A stretch of DNA of 64,000 nucleotides from positions 736,001 to 800,000 of the forward strand of contig JAYFMW010000006.1 of assembly GCA_042408215.1 (NCBI GenBank), given 5' to 3'. The stretch comes from Microcoleus sp. (GTDB lineage Bacteria; Cyanobacteriota; Cyanobacteriia; Cyanobacteriales; Microcoleaceae). Positions 43,790 to 55,429 of this stretch are shown one piece after another. The translations under genes and the position numbers were made by a program. Positions within the stretch are counted from its first letter, which is position 1; every line of letters begins with the position of its first letter. The notes beneath the pieces are model-generated. The model was given only the letters and a program-made list of their open reading frames with translations, searched no databases and was not told where the DNA came from.

Positions 43790-44988
43790 GAACTACGCAG
43801 CTCTCTATCCCATTGCACAAGGCATTTGGGATTGCTTTTCGCATAATATTGTAAGACCCATTAACATCGGCATTAATTAATTGACCGCAGGATGTTTTGT
43901 ACAATCCTCTCTTAATTAGTTGGCCACTAAATACCTTTTTTTGGGTATCACTATTCCCATAAACAGGGATCGGGTCTAGATTTAGGAAACTGGATTGAGA
44001 AGTATATGATTATTCCTGCACCATCACTCTTATTCCAACCAATACAGCCTTATATTCCAACATCTCAATTAATCGAGCATGAGGAACAGTTACGAAGTTC
44101 TGATTAGTTTTTTTTCCCAAATTAATCTCGTTTTTCCATTGTACATTTTTCCCTATTACCAGAGTCCCAATCTTTCCTGAACTTAAAAGATTGATGATGG
44201 AACGACTAGAGGAGTGCAAGTAATTATCGATTTTTTGGTTTCTACAACGAGTCAAGCGCTGAATCCTACGCGATGTTTTGCGACTCTCTTTCAATCGAGA
44301 TTGTAGCTGCACGCTTATTGTAAAATTGATTAATTGATTTCAGTGGTCGCCCGTTAATCAATAAAGGGACAAATCCCGGCTGATTTGAAGTTAGCGCCAC
44401 TAAATTATTCAATCCTAAATCAATACTAGCTACTAATTCTTTCTGATTTTCATCAATGGTGGACTCCGGCTCATCATAAATTACCTCAATTACATAAGAA
44501 TCACACTTAGGAACTAACCTAACTTGACAAATTTGCTCTGGTTTTACCAGGGTCTTAATCAAGATATTAGTCCCGGACAGATGGATAATTCCTTTCTTTA
44601 GTTGCTTGCTACTAATCGCCTGAATCGTATAGACGAGAATATTCCGACCCTTAACTTGATCTTTGTACTTGGGCAACTTTGGGCTACCAGTAAATTTTGT
44701 TGGCTCAATATTGTAAGCTTTAACGGCTTCAAAAAAAGATTTCCAATTCTTGTCTAATATCATCAAGATTTGTTGACTTACCTTGGCTGGTAAGTCCTTG
44801 TATGCTTGATGAGACTTCATCAAACGGTTCATTTCGTTGTAATTGATATAACCCCATCCATAGACAAAACTCTGACGAATAACGTAGTTAGCGACGTTGT
44901 AGAGATTTTTGGATTTAAAGGCTAATGCGTCAATTTCAACAAAACGATTCTCGGTGGATTTAATGATATGCCTCTCTGCTACTTGCAT
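43790..44988 (-). pseudogene. tnpB: Second TnpB (IS607-like type) with a frameshift and a stop; element spans about 43696-49160
   Basis: MQVAERHII, SIDLGLNN, GKNVQWK, NADVNGSYNI; frame break near 44290, stop at 44010. Confidence 0.82.
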
Positions 44989-45931
44989 TCAGACTCTCCA
45001 TTTTTTAACAATCGCAATAATTATCTCTGTTGAGCCTTCTGACTATATGATACTACCATTGCTTACTACTGCTTACAAACTTAACAATACTCCGGACAGT
45101 TTTTAAAGAGGAATGCGATCGCAATAAAATAGAGAAGTGAAAAAAGTGAGTGCAATCTCAACCCAAAATAAACAGAAAAAAAGGCACTCTTTTAGGTTAA
45201 GCTATAAAAACACAAAAGCTCAACAGATTGCATTAGGAAGATTATTGAATCCATCTTACAACAAATGCCGGGGATTAGTCAACCCCAAAAGAAGTTTTTA
45301 ATCACTTTATTTTCAACTATTTTGCTGGCCTATGGCAAGGTCAACTTCACGAATCTCAGTCGTTATAGCTGTTTGAGTGAAAAAACCTACCGTCGTCACT
45401 TTCTCAAAAGCTTTAACTTTCCACAATTTAATCAATATTTTCTCAAAGAAGCTTTAAACCCTGAACACACAATTATTGCTGTTATTGATTGTTCTTTTTT
45501 AAGAAAAAGCGGAAAACAAACTGATGGCAAGGCTTATTTTTATAATGGTGTAGCTGGTAAATCGGAACAGGGGTTGGAAATTTCTGTAATTTCTATTGTC
45601 GAAATTGAGACTCGTTTATCTTATATAGCAACCGCCTTGGCGGTTATGGTGTAAAGTGGAAGTAGTCTCTTATCCATTATGCTGTTTACCCGAGGGCACG
45701 ACTCATGCGAAAACCGTACAGTTATGACCTACGTCAGAAAGTCATTCAAGCTATCAAACTAGATGGCTTAAAGATTAGTGAAGCGAGTATACTATTCAGT
45801 ATCAGTTGCAACACAATCAGCTTATGGTTGAAGCGACAAACGGAAACAGGAGACTTTTTAGCATTACCGAATCAGCCTCGCGGTAACGGTCATAAAATTA
45901 CTGATTGGGAGAAGTTTCGTGAGTTTGTCAA

Positions 45932-47554
45932 TTGGAGTTTAGACTAAGCAGGTCAAAAAGTGTGATCGCTGTGAGACTAGCCAACAGTTCTCAAGAACGG
46001 CAATGGTCGCTGGCGACAAACTATCAGGCTCAACCATAAGATAGATGCCAGCGACCGTTGACGTTCTCGGAGACTTGCAACAGAAAAAAAACTGTCTGCG
46101 ATAGTTTCAACAGACAGCGTAAGGGTAGAAGATTGAAAATTCAGCTAAAAATCTCACATCTACCTGCCATGAAGTTTGAACAATTACGGGAATTTCGTCA
46201 ACAAGCTTATGAATGTCTCGGCAATGCCAAAGACGCCACCTTTGAACTAGCAGACGCGATAATGACGACTCGCCACGTCTCATGTTTAGGAGATTTAGCC
46301 CTCAATCCCTTATTTCGGCGTGAGTGGTCAAGCGTCTACGAAGCACTACAAGACTGTAGACCAGACCGAGACCAATTGATGCAACTATACATCCAACAGA
46401 TTTCAGAAGTAGAACGTCCAGTATTAGCGATGGATCATACGGCATGGTTGAGACCCCATGCACGTACCCTCAAAGAACGTACTTATGAACATCAACCCAC
46501 AGCCTTACCCGACGGTATACCTGTCGGCATCGGTCAGGGATATAGTACGATCGCACTGATACCTTCGATGAGCGGGAGTTGGGCGCTGCCCTTGAGACAC
46601 GAACGTATTACCAGTTGGGATAACCCAATCGGTAAAGGCGCTCAACAATTAGCACAAGTATGTGAATATCTTCAGCATAGACCGATCGCCTTATTTGATA
46701 GTGAGTATGGGTGCGCCCCTTTGGTTAAAGCCACCGCTGCGATCGCTGCTGATAAACTAATGCGTATTCGTTCTAATCGTTGCTTATGGTCAACACCCCC
46801 AGCCTATAGTGGTAGAGGACGGCCCAAAATTCACGGTCAACAGTTTAGGCTGAACGACTCTCAAAGCTGGTGGGAACCCGAACAAACTCTGGAATCTGTT
46901 GAACCCAAACTCGGAAAAATTCGGTTAAGAAAATGGGATGACTTGCATTTTCGAGGCCGTCCCAAACATCCAATGACCTTGATTTTAGTCGAACGTTTAG
47001 AAACTGTAACGGGTCGGTTAAATAGTCAACCTTTGTGGTTAGTATGGGTTGGTATCCAAATGCCATCTCTTAATGAAATTTGGCAACTATATCTACGTCG
47101 CTTTGCCCTCGAACATTGGTATCGGTTAGCTAAACAAACCTTACATTGGACTGTGCCGAAGCTAAGCACACCAGAACAGTGCGAACGATGGAGTGATTTG
47201 ATGCCATTAGTGACCTGGCAATTATGGTTAGCTAAAGATTTAGTCAAAGAAACTCGTCTACCCTGGCAAAAGTCTCTCTCTGAATTGACCCCGGTCAGGG
47301 TTGTACAATCAATGCTTCCACTTTTAATCAGGATTGGAAGTCCGGCTGTTGCTCCGAAACGGCGAGGAAATTCAGACGGATGGCAAACAGGAAAACCTCG
47401 CACTCCAAGATGTCGGTATCCTGTGGTCAAAAAGGGTAAAGGTCGGTTTCAACACTCGTCAAAATCGATTAGTTAACCTCTCTACCTCTGTCTAAACTCA
47501 CAAAATTTACACTCAACTTCTGCTGAGTGAATTTTTGCTTAGTCTAAACTCCAA
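45932..47554 (+). mobile_element. IS701-like element, innermost layer
   Basis: TIR TTGGAGTTTAGACTAAGCA; TTGTCAA duplication. Confidence 0.9.
46169..47476 (+). CDS. DDE transposase (IS701-like), open reading frame intact
   Basis: MDHTAW, FDSEYG, YLRRFALEHWYRLAKQ. Confidence 0.88.
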   Translation: MKFEQLREFRQQAYECLGNAKDATFELADAIMTTRHVSCLGDLALNPLFRREWSSVYEALQDCRPDRDQLMQLYIQQISEVERPVLAMDHTAWLRPHARTLKERTYEHQPTALPDGIPVGIGQGYSTIALIPSMSGSWALPLRHERITSWDNPIGKGAQQLAQVCEYLQHRPIALFDSEYGCAPLVKATAAIAADKLMRIRSNRCLWSTPPAYSGRGRPKIHGQQFRLNDSQSWWEPEQTLESVEPKLGKIRLRKWDDLHFRGRPKHPMTLILVERLETVTGRLNSQPLWLVWVGIQMPSLNEIWQLYLRRFALEHWYRLAKQTLHWTVPKLSTPEQCERWSDLMPLVTWQLWLAKDLVKETRLPWQKSLSELTPVRVVQSMLPLLIRIGSPAVAPKRRGNSDGWQTGKPRTPRCRYPVVKKGKGRFQHSSKSIS

Positions 47555-49208
47555 TTGTCAAGACTCATGGGGATAAAACTCAAGTTGAAATGGCCTCACT
47601 TTGGGATGGAGAAATTAGCGATCGCACAATCTCGCGGGCTTTGAAAAAAATTGGTTTTACTCGAAAAAAAAGACCTAGGGCTACCGGGCGCGGGCTGAAG
47701 TCAAAAGGCAGGCTTTTGTAACCGAATTGTCCACCATTCCCTCGGCTCAGATTGTCTATGTTGATGAATCTGGCATGGATAATAGAGACCAGTATGATTA
47801 TGGTTGGAACCCCGTCATGCCAACGGTTTCATGCACTCAAATCAGGGCGACGTGAGGATAGGGTAAATATGATTGCTGCTCTATGTAACCAAAAAATCCT
47901 CGCCCCTTTTACCTTTGTTGGAGCGTGTAATCGAACAGTTTTTGAAATTTGGCTAGAAACTTGTTTACTGCCAACACTTGTGACAGGACAGGTGGTAGTG
48001 ATGGATAATGCCACGTTTCATAAAGGTGGCAGAATTGAGGAATTAATTCAAAGTGTAGGGTGTAAATTGTTGTATTTACCGCCGTACTCCCCAGATTTGA
48101 ACAGAATTGAAAAATGCTGGTCGTGGCTCAAAAGTCGCATCCGCAAACAATTAGATCGGTTTGATTGTTTACGTGATGCGATCGAAGATCTTCTAGAGCT
48201 TGCATCCTAACCGCCAAGGCGGTTGCTATAGCTTAAGCGTACAACAAACTCCGTCACGCCCTCAAATAAAGCCCGTGAAAAAAATGCCCAAAAACCCGAA
48301 GAATAACCGCTCAAAAAAATCTCGCAAAAACCCGGACTCTCAAAGCTCAAAGCCTGACATCACAAGAGTTGATGACTATGCACAACATTTGAAGAATACT
48401 CGTTATTTTTGCCCCACTTCTGTACGTTATTTGGTGGCTGATGGCTATTACTATCGCTCTAAATTATGGGAGGCTGTGCGGGAGTTAAATTTAGACTTTA
48501 TTGGCAAGTTAAGAGTTGATGCTAACCTACGCTATCTCTATACAGGTGAACAAAATAGACTGGGAGCTCCTCGAAAATATGATGGTAAATTTGACTCTAA
48601 TGATTTGAGTCGTCTTAAATTTGTCAAAAATCTCAACCCGGGAGTTTCATTATATACATTGGTACTCTGGAGTTGTTGTTTAAATTGCCAGATTAGTTTG
48701 GCTTGTATTTCTGAGGTTCAAGCTAACGGTAAAATCAAAAATGCGTTATTGTTTAGCACTGATATTCACCTACTGCCTGAGCAAATTCTTGAATATTATC
48801 AGGCTCGTTTCCAGATTGAATTTATTTTTCGTGATGCCAAGCAATTTACGGGATTGTCTGATTGTCAAGCTCGTCATTTACCACGGCTTGATTTTCATTT
48901 TAATGCCAGTCTAATTGCCTTAAACTTAGCTAAACATGAACTCTCTATTTGTCATTCATCTGCCAAATCGTTTGTGTTTTCTATGGCTTATTATAAACGT
49001 CTCGAATTCAATCAGCATCTACTTTCTACCTTTATTGATAAGTTAGATTTAGACCCGGATTTGATTTTAAATCACCCTAACCTTCCTTCAGTCTTGTCTT
49101 ATGGTACTCTGGCTGCTTAAAAACTGTCCGGAGTATTGAACTTAATAAAGTTTTATAATACTAGCCGTCCCTAAGTATCACTACTCATTTAGGCTAAACG
49201 AATCGCAC

Positions 49209-49298
49209 CCAGACTACCCGAACACAACCAAACAACTGAGCTAAGCTCTGTTGTTGCTGGTCGGTTGGGTAGAAGCGGTACTGATACCTAGCTTTCAT
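49209..49298 (-). pseudogene. tnpB: tnpB exon 1 (30 codons)
   Basis: MKARYQYRFYPTDQQQQSLAQLFGCVRVVW joins exon 2 in frame. Confidence 0.9.
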
Positions 49299-49351
49299 AA
49301 TCTTTGTTTTGTACTATTGTATTAGTATACCAATATCTACAAGAATTTGCA

Positions 49352-49525
49352 ATGCCATTCAGAAAAAAACACAAACTAGGTTTTACCAGCAAAGATCCTT
49401 TAGACAGAAATCCTATCTGCTTTAAGGTTAGAGAAGGTGTGCGAAAAAAGCTGATGGCTATCCCTGACTGGCAGAAACTACTCAGAGAGTATGTAGATAG
49501 TCTGACAGAAGAAAAGCCGTCCTGA
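49352..49525 (+). CDS. Small basic protein inside the IS left end, divergent from tnpB (possibly RHH-like)
   Basis: 57 aa, MPFRKKHKLGF..ICFKV..WQKLLREYVD. Confidence 0.55.
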   Translation: MPFRKKHKLGFTSKDPLDRNPICFKVREGVRKKLMAIPDWQKLLREYVDSLTEEKPS

Positions 49526-49605
49526 AAGGACGGGGATTGAATCCCATTCTTTTGGTCAATTTTTGGGATAATAGAAATAGCACTCAACTTAGCTGAGGAA
49601 CAAAC

Positions 49606-50754
49606 GTGCTATCAAAAGGCTTTGAAGTAGAAATGTATACCGGCACACCACAAGGTGATGTGGTCGGTCTCTCCGATCGCATAGTCGCCGATTTAGAGGG
49701 ATTTGTGCGCGAGCCTGATAGTCGCAATGTGGAGTACACGACGGCCCCGCTGTGCAGCTACGATCGCCTGCTGTGCGCCCTAGTCAAGCCACGAGTCCGG
49801 CTGCGACAGTATTTAAAACAATTGGGCGACTATACCTTACTGCCGGGAAGTACCCTGTCTCTCGGAGGGAGCGATCGATTTTACCGCTCCGATCCCAACA
49901 ACCCCTACCACACCTACATCGAGCAAACCTACGGCACCAAAGTCGTCACCGCCAGCATTCACATCAACATCGGCATCTCCCAACCAGAACTGCTGATGCG
50001 GGCAATTCGCCTCGCCCGGGTCGAAGCACCCCTCTACCTTGCCTTGAGTGCCTCTTCCCCTTTCCTCGACGGCGAAGTCACCGGCTATCATTCCACCCGG
50101 TGGGGTTTGTTTCCCAAAACTCCAGCCATCGTCCCTCTGTTTGAAAGTCACAAGCATTACATCCAGTGGACTGAAGCACAGCTAGAACTCGGTACCATGC
50201 AAAATGTCCGCCACCTTTGGTCTGCCGTGCGCCCCAATGGCGATCGTCGCCCCTACTGTCTCAACCGCCTCGAACTGAGAATTTGTGACCTCGAAGTCAA
50301 TCCTCTTGCCCTGTTGGCCATTACTGCCTTGTTAGAAGCTCGCATTTGGCAGATGATGGAAGACCCCAGCTTAGACCCCTTAGAACTGTGCACCTTGCCC
50401 GCGGCTACCCGCAACGAAGACTTAGTTGCCCTCACCGATGCCAACGAAATTGCTGCATCCCGCCAAAGTTTGGATGCCGAACTCACGCACTGGCAAGATG
50501 GCAGAACTATTCTGGCACGAGATTGGATTGAGGAAATTTTTCAGCAAGTCTGGCCAATTGCCAAAAAACGTGGCTTTAGTTGCTTTCTGTCGCCGCTCAA
50601 AAAGATTCTTCGGGAAGGCAACACCGCCCAGCAGTGGTTGAAGCTGCATGAGGGCGGTTTGGACACCCGCAGTATTATTCTGCAAGGGATTAATGGGATG
50701 GCTCACCAGGAATGGGATCTCGAAGATAACTTGTGCGCCCAGTTAGTTGCTTGA
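49606..50754 (+). CDS. gshA: Glutamate--cysteine ligase, cyanobacterial type
   Basis: KGFEVE, EPDSRNVEY, ASIHINIG, SASSPFL, NRLELRICD. Confidence 0.92.
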   Translation: MLSKGFEVEMYTGTPQGDVVGLSDRIVADLEGFVREPDSRNVEYTTAPLCSYDRLLCALVKPRVRLRQYLKQLGDYTLLPGSTLSLGGSDRFYRSDPNNPYHTYIEQTYGTKVVTASIHINIGISQPELLMRAIRLARVEAPLYLALSASSPFLDGEVTGYHSTRWGLFPKTPAIVPLFESHKHYIQWTEAQLELGTMQNVRHLWSAVRPNGDRRPYCLNRLELRICDLEVNPLALLAITALLEARIWQMMEDPSLDPLELCTLPAATRNEDLVALTDANEIAASRQSLDAELTHWQDGRTILARDWIEEIFQQVWPIAKKRGFSCFLSPLKKILREGNTAQQWLKLHEGGLDTRSIILQGINGMAHQEWDLEDNLCAQLVA

Positions 50755-51478
50755 AAGGAGCTAGACTAAATAGCCAAATACTTGTCTAAAGTTGCTCAGA
50801 GTTCTTCTGGCGTGATGATATTGACAGCGTTGTAATTTTCTGCTAATTTGACGCTCATGCCGAAACGATGAGGCAAAATATCTGGTTTGTAAACCGAGCG
50901 TCGATTCAAAACTGACCAGCCTGTAAAAAGGTCGAACGGGAGACCACGATTCGTTAAATAGGTGGAAAATACAGGTTGAACAATGGCTAAAAGCTTCAAC
51001 AGTTATACAACGTGATGCATAGGGTGGGCTACACCCGAATTTACGCCTGTGGACTGTAGGGACACGGCACTGCCGTGTCCGTACGGAGCCGACTCCCTTG
51101 GCAGAAGCAGGAAGCAGACCAAGAAAGAAACCACTTCTAGTTGAATGGTGAAGCTTGAATAAGTTTAGCCAAGTTTTGTATAGCAGCAATCAACACTTCG
51201 ACTACGCGAGCGTGACCGATCAGAATATTTAATCAATGGCACCCGACACAGGTGATAAATAAAAGCTATGAGTTATATCTACCTTTGGGTAGATATACAT
51301 AGCAACCCGATCGGTCATGTTTGACGTTTTTAATTGCTGAAACCATTGATTTTATTGCCCGATCGCATCTACTGCTGACCGCTCTCCTAGATAACTAAAG
51401 CCTTCTTCCTTCTTCCTTCTTCCTTCTTCCTTCTTCCTTCAACATCTTTCTTCTTCCTTCAACATCTTCTATAGCTTC

Positions 51479-51940
51479 ATGCCCCAACTTGTCTTGATTC
51501 ACCCCCAAATCCCCCCGAATACTGGTAATATCGCCCGCACTTGCGCTGCGACAGGTACTGAATTGCATTTAGTCGGGCCGCTGGGGTTTGAAATTAGCGA
51601 TCGCTACCTCAAACGGGCCGGTTTAGATTACTGGCCCTATGTCAACCTCCACTGTCACGAAGATTTAGCGGCTTTTTTGGCCTGTCAGCAGCAGCGGGGA
51701 GGGCGATCGATCGGATTCACCACTGGCGGGCGATGCAGTTACGCGAAATTCCAATTTCTTGCCACCGATTGGCTGATGTTTGGCTCCGAAACTGTCGGAA
51801 TTCCGCCATTGGTCTTAGATGCCTGCGATGCCACAGTTTTTATTCCCATGAGCCAGCCTGGTGTGCGGAGTTTAAACCTCTCTGTCAGCGCAGCTGTAGG
51901 TTTATTTGAGGCGAGGCGACAGTTGGGCGAGCTGGGATAA
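51479..51940 (+). CDS. trmL: tRNA (cytidine/uridine-34 2'-O)-methyltransferase
   Basis: PQIPPNTGNIAR, KRAGLDYW, FGSET, RSLNLS. Confidence 0.93.
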   Translation: MPQLVLIHPQIPPNTGNIARTCAATGTELHLVGPLGFEISDRYLKRAGLDYWPYVNLHCHEDLAAFLACQQQRGGRSIGFTTGGRCSYAKFQFLATDWLMFGSETVGIPPLVLDACDATVFIPMSQPGVRSLNLSVSAAVGLFEARRQLGELG

Positions 51941-52744
51941 AGCATGATCGACACATACATATAGCCTTTCTCAGTAACAGTGCGGTGCACGCTTGATAAG
52001 CGGGCATAGGGCATAGGGCATAGGGCATACCTCACCAAGATTGAGAACTGCTATAGATAGATCTTTAATAGCTCCCTTCTCGGTGATTAGAACATTTTTA
52101 ATTGCTGAAACCATTGATTTTATAGCATTTTCCTTCTCCCTTCTTCCTTCTTCCTTCTTCCTTCTTCCTTCTTCCTTCTTCCTTCTTCTCTAGCTCCTGG
52201 CCACTGCCAAATCTCGATCTAAATATAAGAAATTCATATCAAAGCGGTGAAACTCTAGATAGCAAAGATTAATATATTTTATTCATCTAAAAACAGATTG
52301 CGATCGACAACACTAAATTACCGATCGGAGACGATCAAACCAATAAAAACAGAGATTTGCAGCCATTGGTAGCGCCCATGACCGCACGTAGGTCACAAAC
52401 CCACGGTATATCTAGTAAATATACGGTTGTAGCTAGGCAGGAACTTAGCATAGAGTCCGAATCATCGGTGACACGAGAGCTTGACCGGAACGACAATTTC
52501 ATGTATTTGTTGGAGCTATTGCCTTGTAAGGCTTCTGGGGTGTAATAGCAGCAACTTAGACCGACAATTTCAATTTTTTGACTCTACGAGCTTGTCTAAA
52601 TTTAAAAAGCAAGCTAATCTTGCCTAAGCATGATAGCTGTCAACAATCAGAATATTCTTGGTTGTTGATTTATAACGGCGTCATGCGATCCCCTTGAGTG
52701 TTTCCAAGGACTGTTAAGCGCTTCTCAGTAGGAGGTCGTTCTTT

Positions 52745-55291
52745 TTGAAACGAACATATCCCCAAACAAACCAGCCTGTTAAGGCTAATGAAATAGACAG
52801 AGACGATTTCGCAGAATCGTCCAAACAGACGGCGATGGGAAATGGCAGAGTTCGCTCTCTTGCCACCCTCGGATTGGCAATATCGGTAGGTGCTTCCGGC
52901 ATCCTGCTGCCGAGAACAGGGGACAGCGCTCGCGCGTCTGAACTCGCACAATCGGCAGAATCCACTGCTGAAGTACAGGCAGTATCAGCCAACGGGCTAG
53001 ATCCTTCTGCACAAGTTGACGGTTCCCCCGCCCAATCAGAGGCTGCCCTCTTTGATAGACAGCCTAACCCGGTGGCGGTTAAGGTGCAACAGGGACAAAC
53101 CCTTTGGGAGCTGTCTCGGGACTACGCACTTGAACCCAAGGCACTAGCAACTGCTAACGGTATCAAACCCGAAACCTTACTCCAAGTAGGGCAACAACTG
53201 ACAATTGGGCCGGCGACCGTCGTCGCATCACAACAGAACGCCGGCAACACCGCAGCCACGACACCCGATCGCGCGGCGGATGTCAATCCCGAACAAGAGT
53301 TAAATCTAACAGGCTCTGAACCGTTGGCGACGACGGCTCAGTCACCGCAGGAATCTACCGCAGCGACCCCGCTGGCCTCGACGGTACTCCCGCAAAGTTC
53401 GATCGCTCCTCCGAACCCAAACGGGGCGATCGAGAGTTTGAAAAAACAGGAAAACCGCTCATCAGCACCGGGTCGATCGGAGTTGATGTCTGATCGGGGA
53501 ACTGCATTATCTACATCTGCTGTATCTTTGCCCGCCATAGCACCAACGCCGGAATCTACCGGAGCGGCAACGCAGACAGCAATTCCCGACCTGTCGGCAA
53601 CACCTGTAATTCAAGCTCCAAATCCCGCGACTCAGAATCCAGGAACTCTGAATGCAGCACCCGATGGAGCGATCGAGTCCATTGAACAGTCGCTGTTCAC
53701 ACCAGGTTTACCTTCTGCTGTGGTCGTCCCCCCCGCAGGTAGCGCGGTAGCACCGACTGAGGTGTTGTACAGCGTGCGTCCAGGAGATACGCTAGATGTG
53801 ATCGCCAAAGGTCACAACGTGTCGGCCAAAGACCTGATCTCGCTCAACAAGCTGGGAAACCCCAACTTGCTGAATGTCAATCAACGGCTGAAAATTCCCC
53901 AAGTTGGATTAAATAATCCGACGGTGCAGTCTTCCGCCTCTATTTCTGCCTCCAACTCTACATCAGTCTTCTCGGCTGCTCGGGTTCCCGCATCTTTGAA
54001 CCCCAGCTCCGAAACCCCTGAAATTGGCGGTGCTGGCGTTGCCGCCATTACCCCAACAGTGCCTATAGTCTCTCCCCTTGGGAACTTGGAAGGTCTGAAC
54101 AATATTTCAGAGCCGATGGTTCCCAAAATTAACAGCATTTCGCTAACTCAAGTTTCTCAAAGCATTAGCGACCCTGGGAAGCTGGAACTTCAAGGCGAAC
54201 CAACATTTACAGGTGCTGTTGATACCAGTGCGCTGCCCAAAATCCCTCAGACTGCAACTGCAATCCCCAACTTGACCCCAATTTCTAGCACCGGGGGTTT
54301 AGGCGCTGATACCACCAACGCTTTACCCGATGCGAATCTGGCGGTAGCTCCCCTAGCAGGAGAATTGCCAGTGGGCGATGCCTCGGTCGATCGGACAACC
54401 GGACAGGCTCTCAACCCTTATGCCGAACGCTTGAGGGCGGAAATTGTCAGGCTGCGATCGGAATATCGGGCCGAGCGCAATTCGATCGGGGCCTCCTCCC
54501 TCTCCCAGGCTCCCAATCAGGAGCCTCAGGCGCAAGTCGCCACGGAGGACCCATCTGAGAATAGCCAAAATCTGAATAATCCCTATCTCTACACCCCTGA
54601 GTACGATCGAGCGGTGCAGAATGAAATCAGCCGACCTCCCTCGAGAGCGTGGTCAGAGCAGGTTCAGAAGCAGCAGCAAGAGCGTTTTGACCCGGATCGC
54701 GCTGCTCAATTGCAACCGATTAACCTGATGCCGACCAGTGCTCTACAGCAGCCGGTGGTGGCAACTGCTCCTTTGGGTGCAGATGGTTACGACCCCCTGA
54801 GCAACCCGTCTTTGGGACAGATGGTTTCTCCAGAATTGCCCCCGCTTTCTAGCCCTGATACCTATCTGCCTAACGGCTCAAAACAACGGTCGGCTAATGG
54901 GTTTATTTGGCCTGCTAAGGGCGTTCTCACTTCTGGCTACGGCTGGCGCTGGGGACGGATGCACAAGGGTATTGATGTTGCAGGGCCGATCGGCACACCA
55001 ATTGTGGCTGCCTCTGACGGGGTAGTGACCTATGCACAGTGGAACGATGGCGGCTACGGCTATCTGGTAGAAATTACCCATGCCGACGGCTCTGAGACTG
55101 TCTATGCCCACAACAGCCGGATTTTGGTGCAAAAGGGTCAGAAGGTCGCTCAAGGCGAACAGATTTCGGAAATGGGCAGCACTGGCTTCAGTACCGGCCC
55201 ACACTTGCACTTTGAAATTCATCCCGCCGGACAGGGTGCTGTCAATCCGATGGCTTTTCTGCCAGACGATGCACAGAGCGCTTCTCGCTAA
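52745..55291 (+). CDS. LysM + M23 murein endopeptidase
   Basis: Two LysM domains; HKGID, YAH and STGPHLHFE. Confidence 0.9.
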   Translation: MKRTYPQTNQPVKANEIDRDDFAESSKQTAMGNGRVRSLATLGLAISVGASGILLPRTGDSARASELAQSAESTAEVQAVSANGLDPSAQVDGSPAQSEAALFDRQPNPVAVKVQQGQTLWELSRDYALEPKALATANGIKPETLLQVGQQLTIGPATVVASQQNAGNTAATTPDRAADVNPEQELNLTGSEPLATTAQSPQESTAATPLASTVLPQSSIAPPNPNGAIESLKKQENRSSAPGRSELMSDRGTALSTSAVSLPAIAPTPESTGAATQTAIPDLSATPVIQAPNPATQNPGTLNAAPDGAIESIEQSLFTPGLPSAVVVPPAGSAVAPTEVLYSVRPGDTLDVIAKGHNVSAKDLISLNKLGNPNLLNVNQRLKIPQVGLNNPTVQSSASISASNSTSVFSAARVPASLNPSSETPEIGGAGVAAITPTVPIVSPLGNLEGLNNISEPMVPKINSISLTQVSQSISDPGKLELQGEPTFTGAVDTSALPKIPQTATAIPNLTPISSTGGLGADTTNALPDANLAVAPLAGELPVGDASVDRTTGQALNPYAERLRAEIVRLRSEYRAERNSIGASSLSQAPNQEPQAQVATEDPSENSQNLNNPYLYTPEYDRAVQNEISRPPSRAWSEQVQKQQQERFDPDRAAQLQPINLMPTSALQQPVVATAPLGADGYDPLSNPSLGQMVSPELPPLSSPDTYLPNGSKQRSANGFIWPAKGVLTSGYGWRWGRMHKGIDVAGPIGTPIVAASDGVVTYAQWNDGGYGYLVEITHADGSETVYAHNSRILVQKGQKVAQGEQISEMGSTGFSTGPHLHFEIHPAGQGAVNPMAFLPDDAQSASR

Positions 55292-55429
55292 TGACTTGTC
55301 TGAAGTTATGAGTTTTGATTGATTAGCAAAACTCATAACTTTAACGACAAGCTATTAGAAATTCTGCCGTATATCAGTGAGCCATAGCTCGCATTACCGT
55401 GCTACGATAGTAAATCGTGAAGTCGGTTT

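Larger units (their letters stand above)
45626..48228 (+). mobile_element. IS630-family element, disrupted
   Basis: TIR TAGCAACCGCCTTGGCGGTTA, TA duplication, MDNATFH and LPPYSPDLNRIE. Confidence 0.92.
45085..49138 (+). mobile_element. DDE IS (IS4/IS701-like); transposase split into 45265-45625 and 48231-49120
   Basis: Perfect 22-bp TIR CAATACTCCGGACAGTTTTTAA; AACTTAA duplicated on both sides; RFQIEFIFRDAKQ. Confidence 0.9.
41316..49208 (-). mobile_element. Group II intron inserted in tnpB and interrupted in domain I by nested IS elements
   Basis: 5' GTGCGATTCG at 49208; domain V GAGCGGAATGAGACGAAAGTTTCACGTTCCGTTC; 3' CTCTAAC at 41316. Confidence 0.92.
40207..49554 (-). mobile_element. IS605-type tnpB element, outermost layer of the nest
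   Basis: Right end ...GAGTATGTCAA at 40207; left end CAAAAGAATGGG..CCCCGTCCTTTCAGGACGG follows TTGAC. Confidence 0.85.

Noticed and set aside
50770..50999. Possible C-terminal PIN-domain remnant (NIITPEEL)
   Set aside because: Too short and degenerate to support a call
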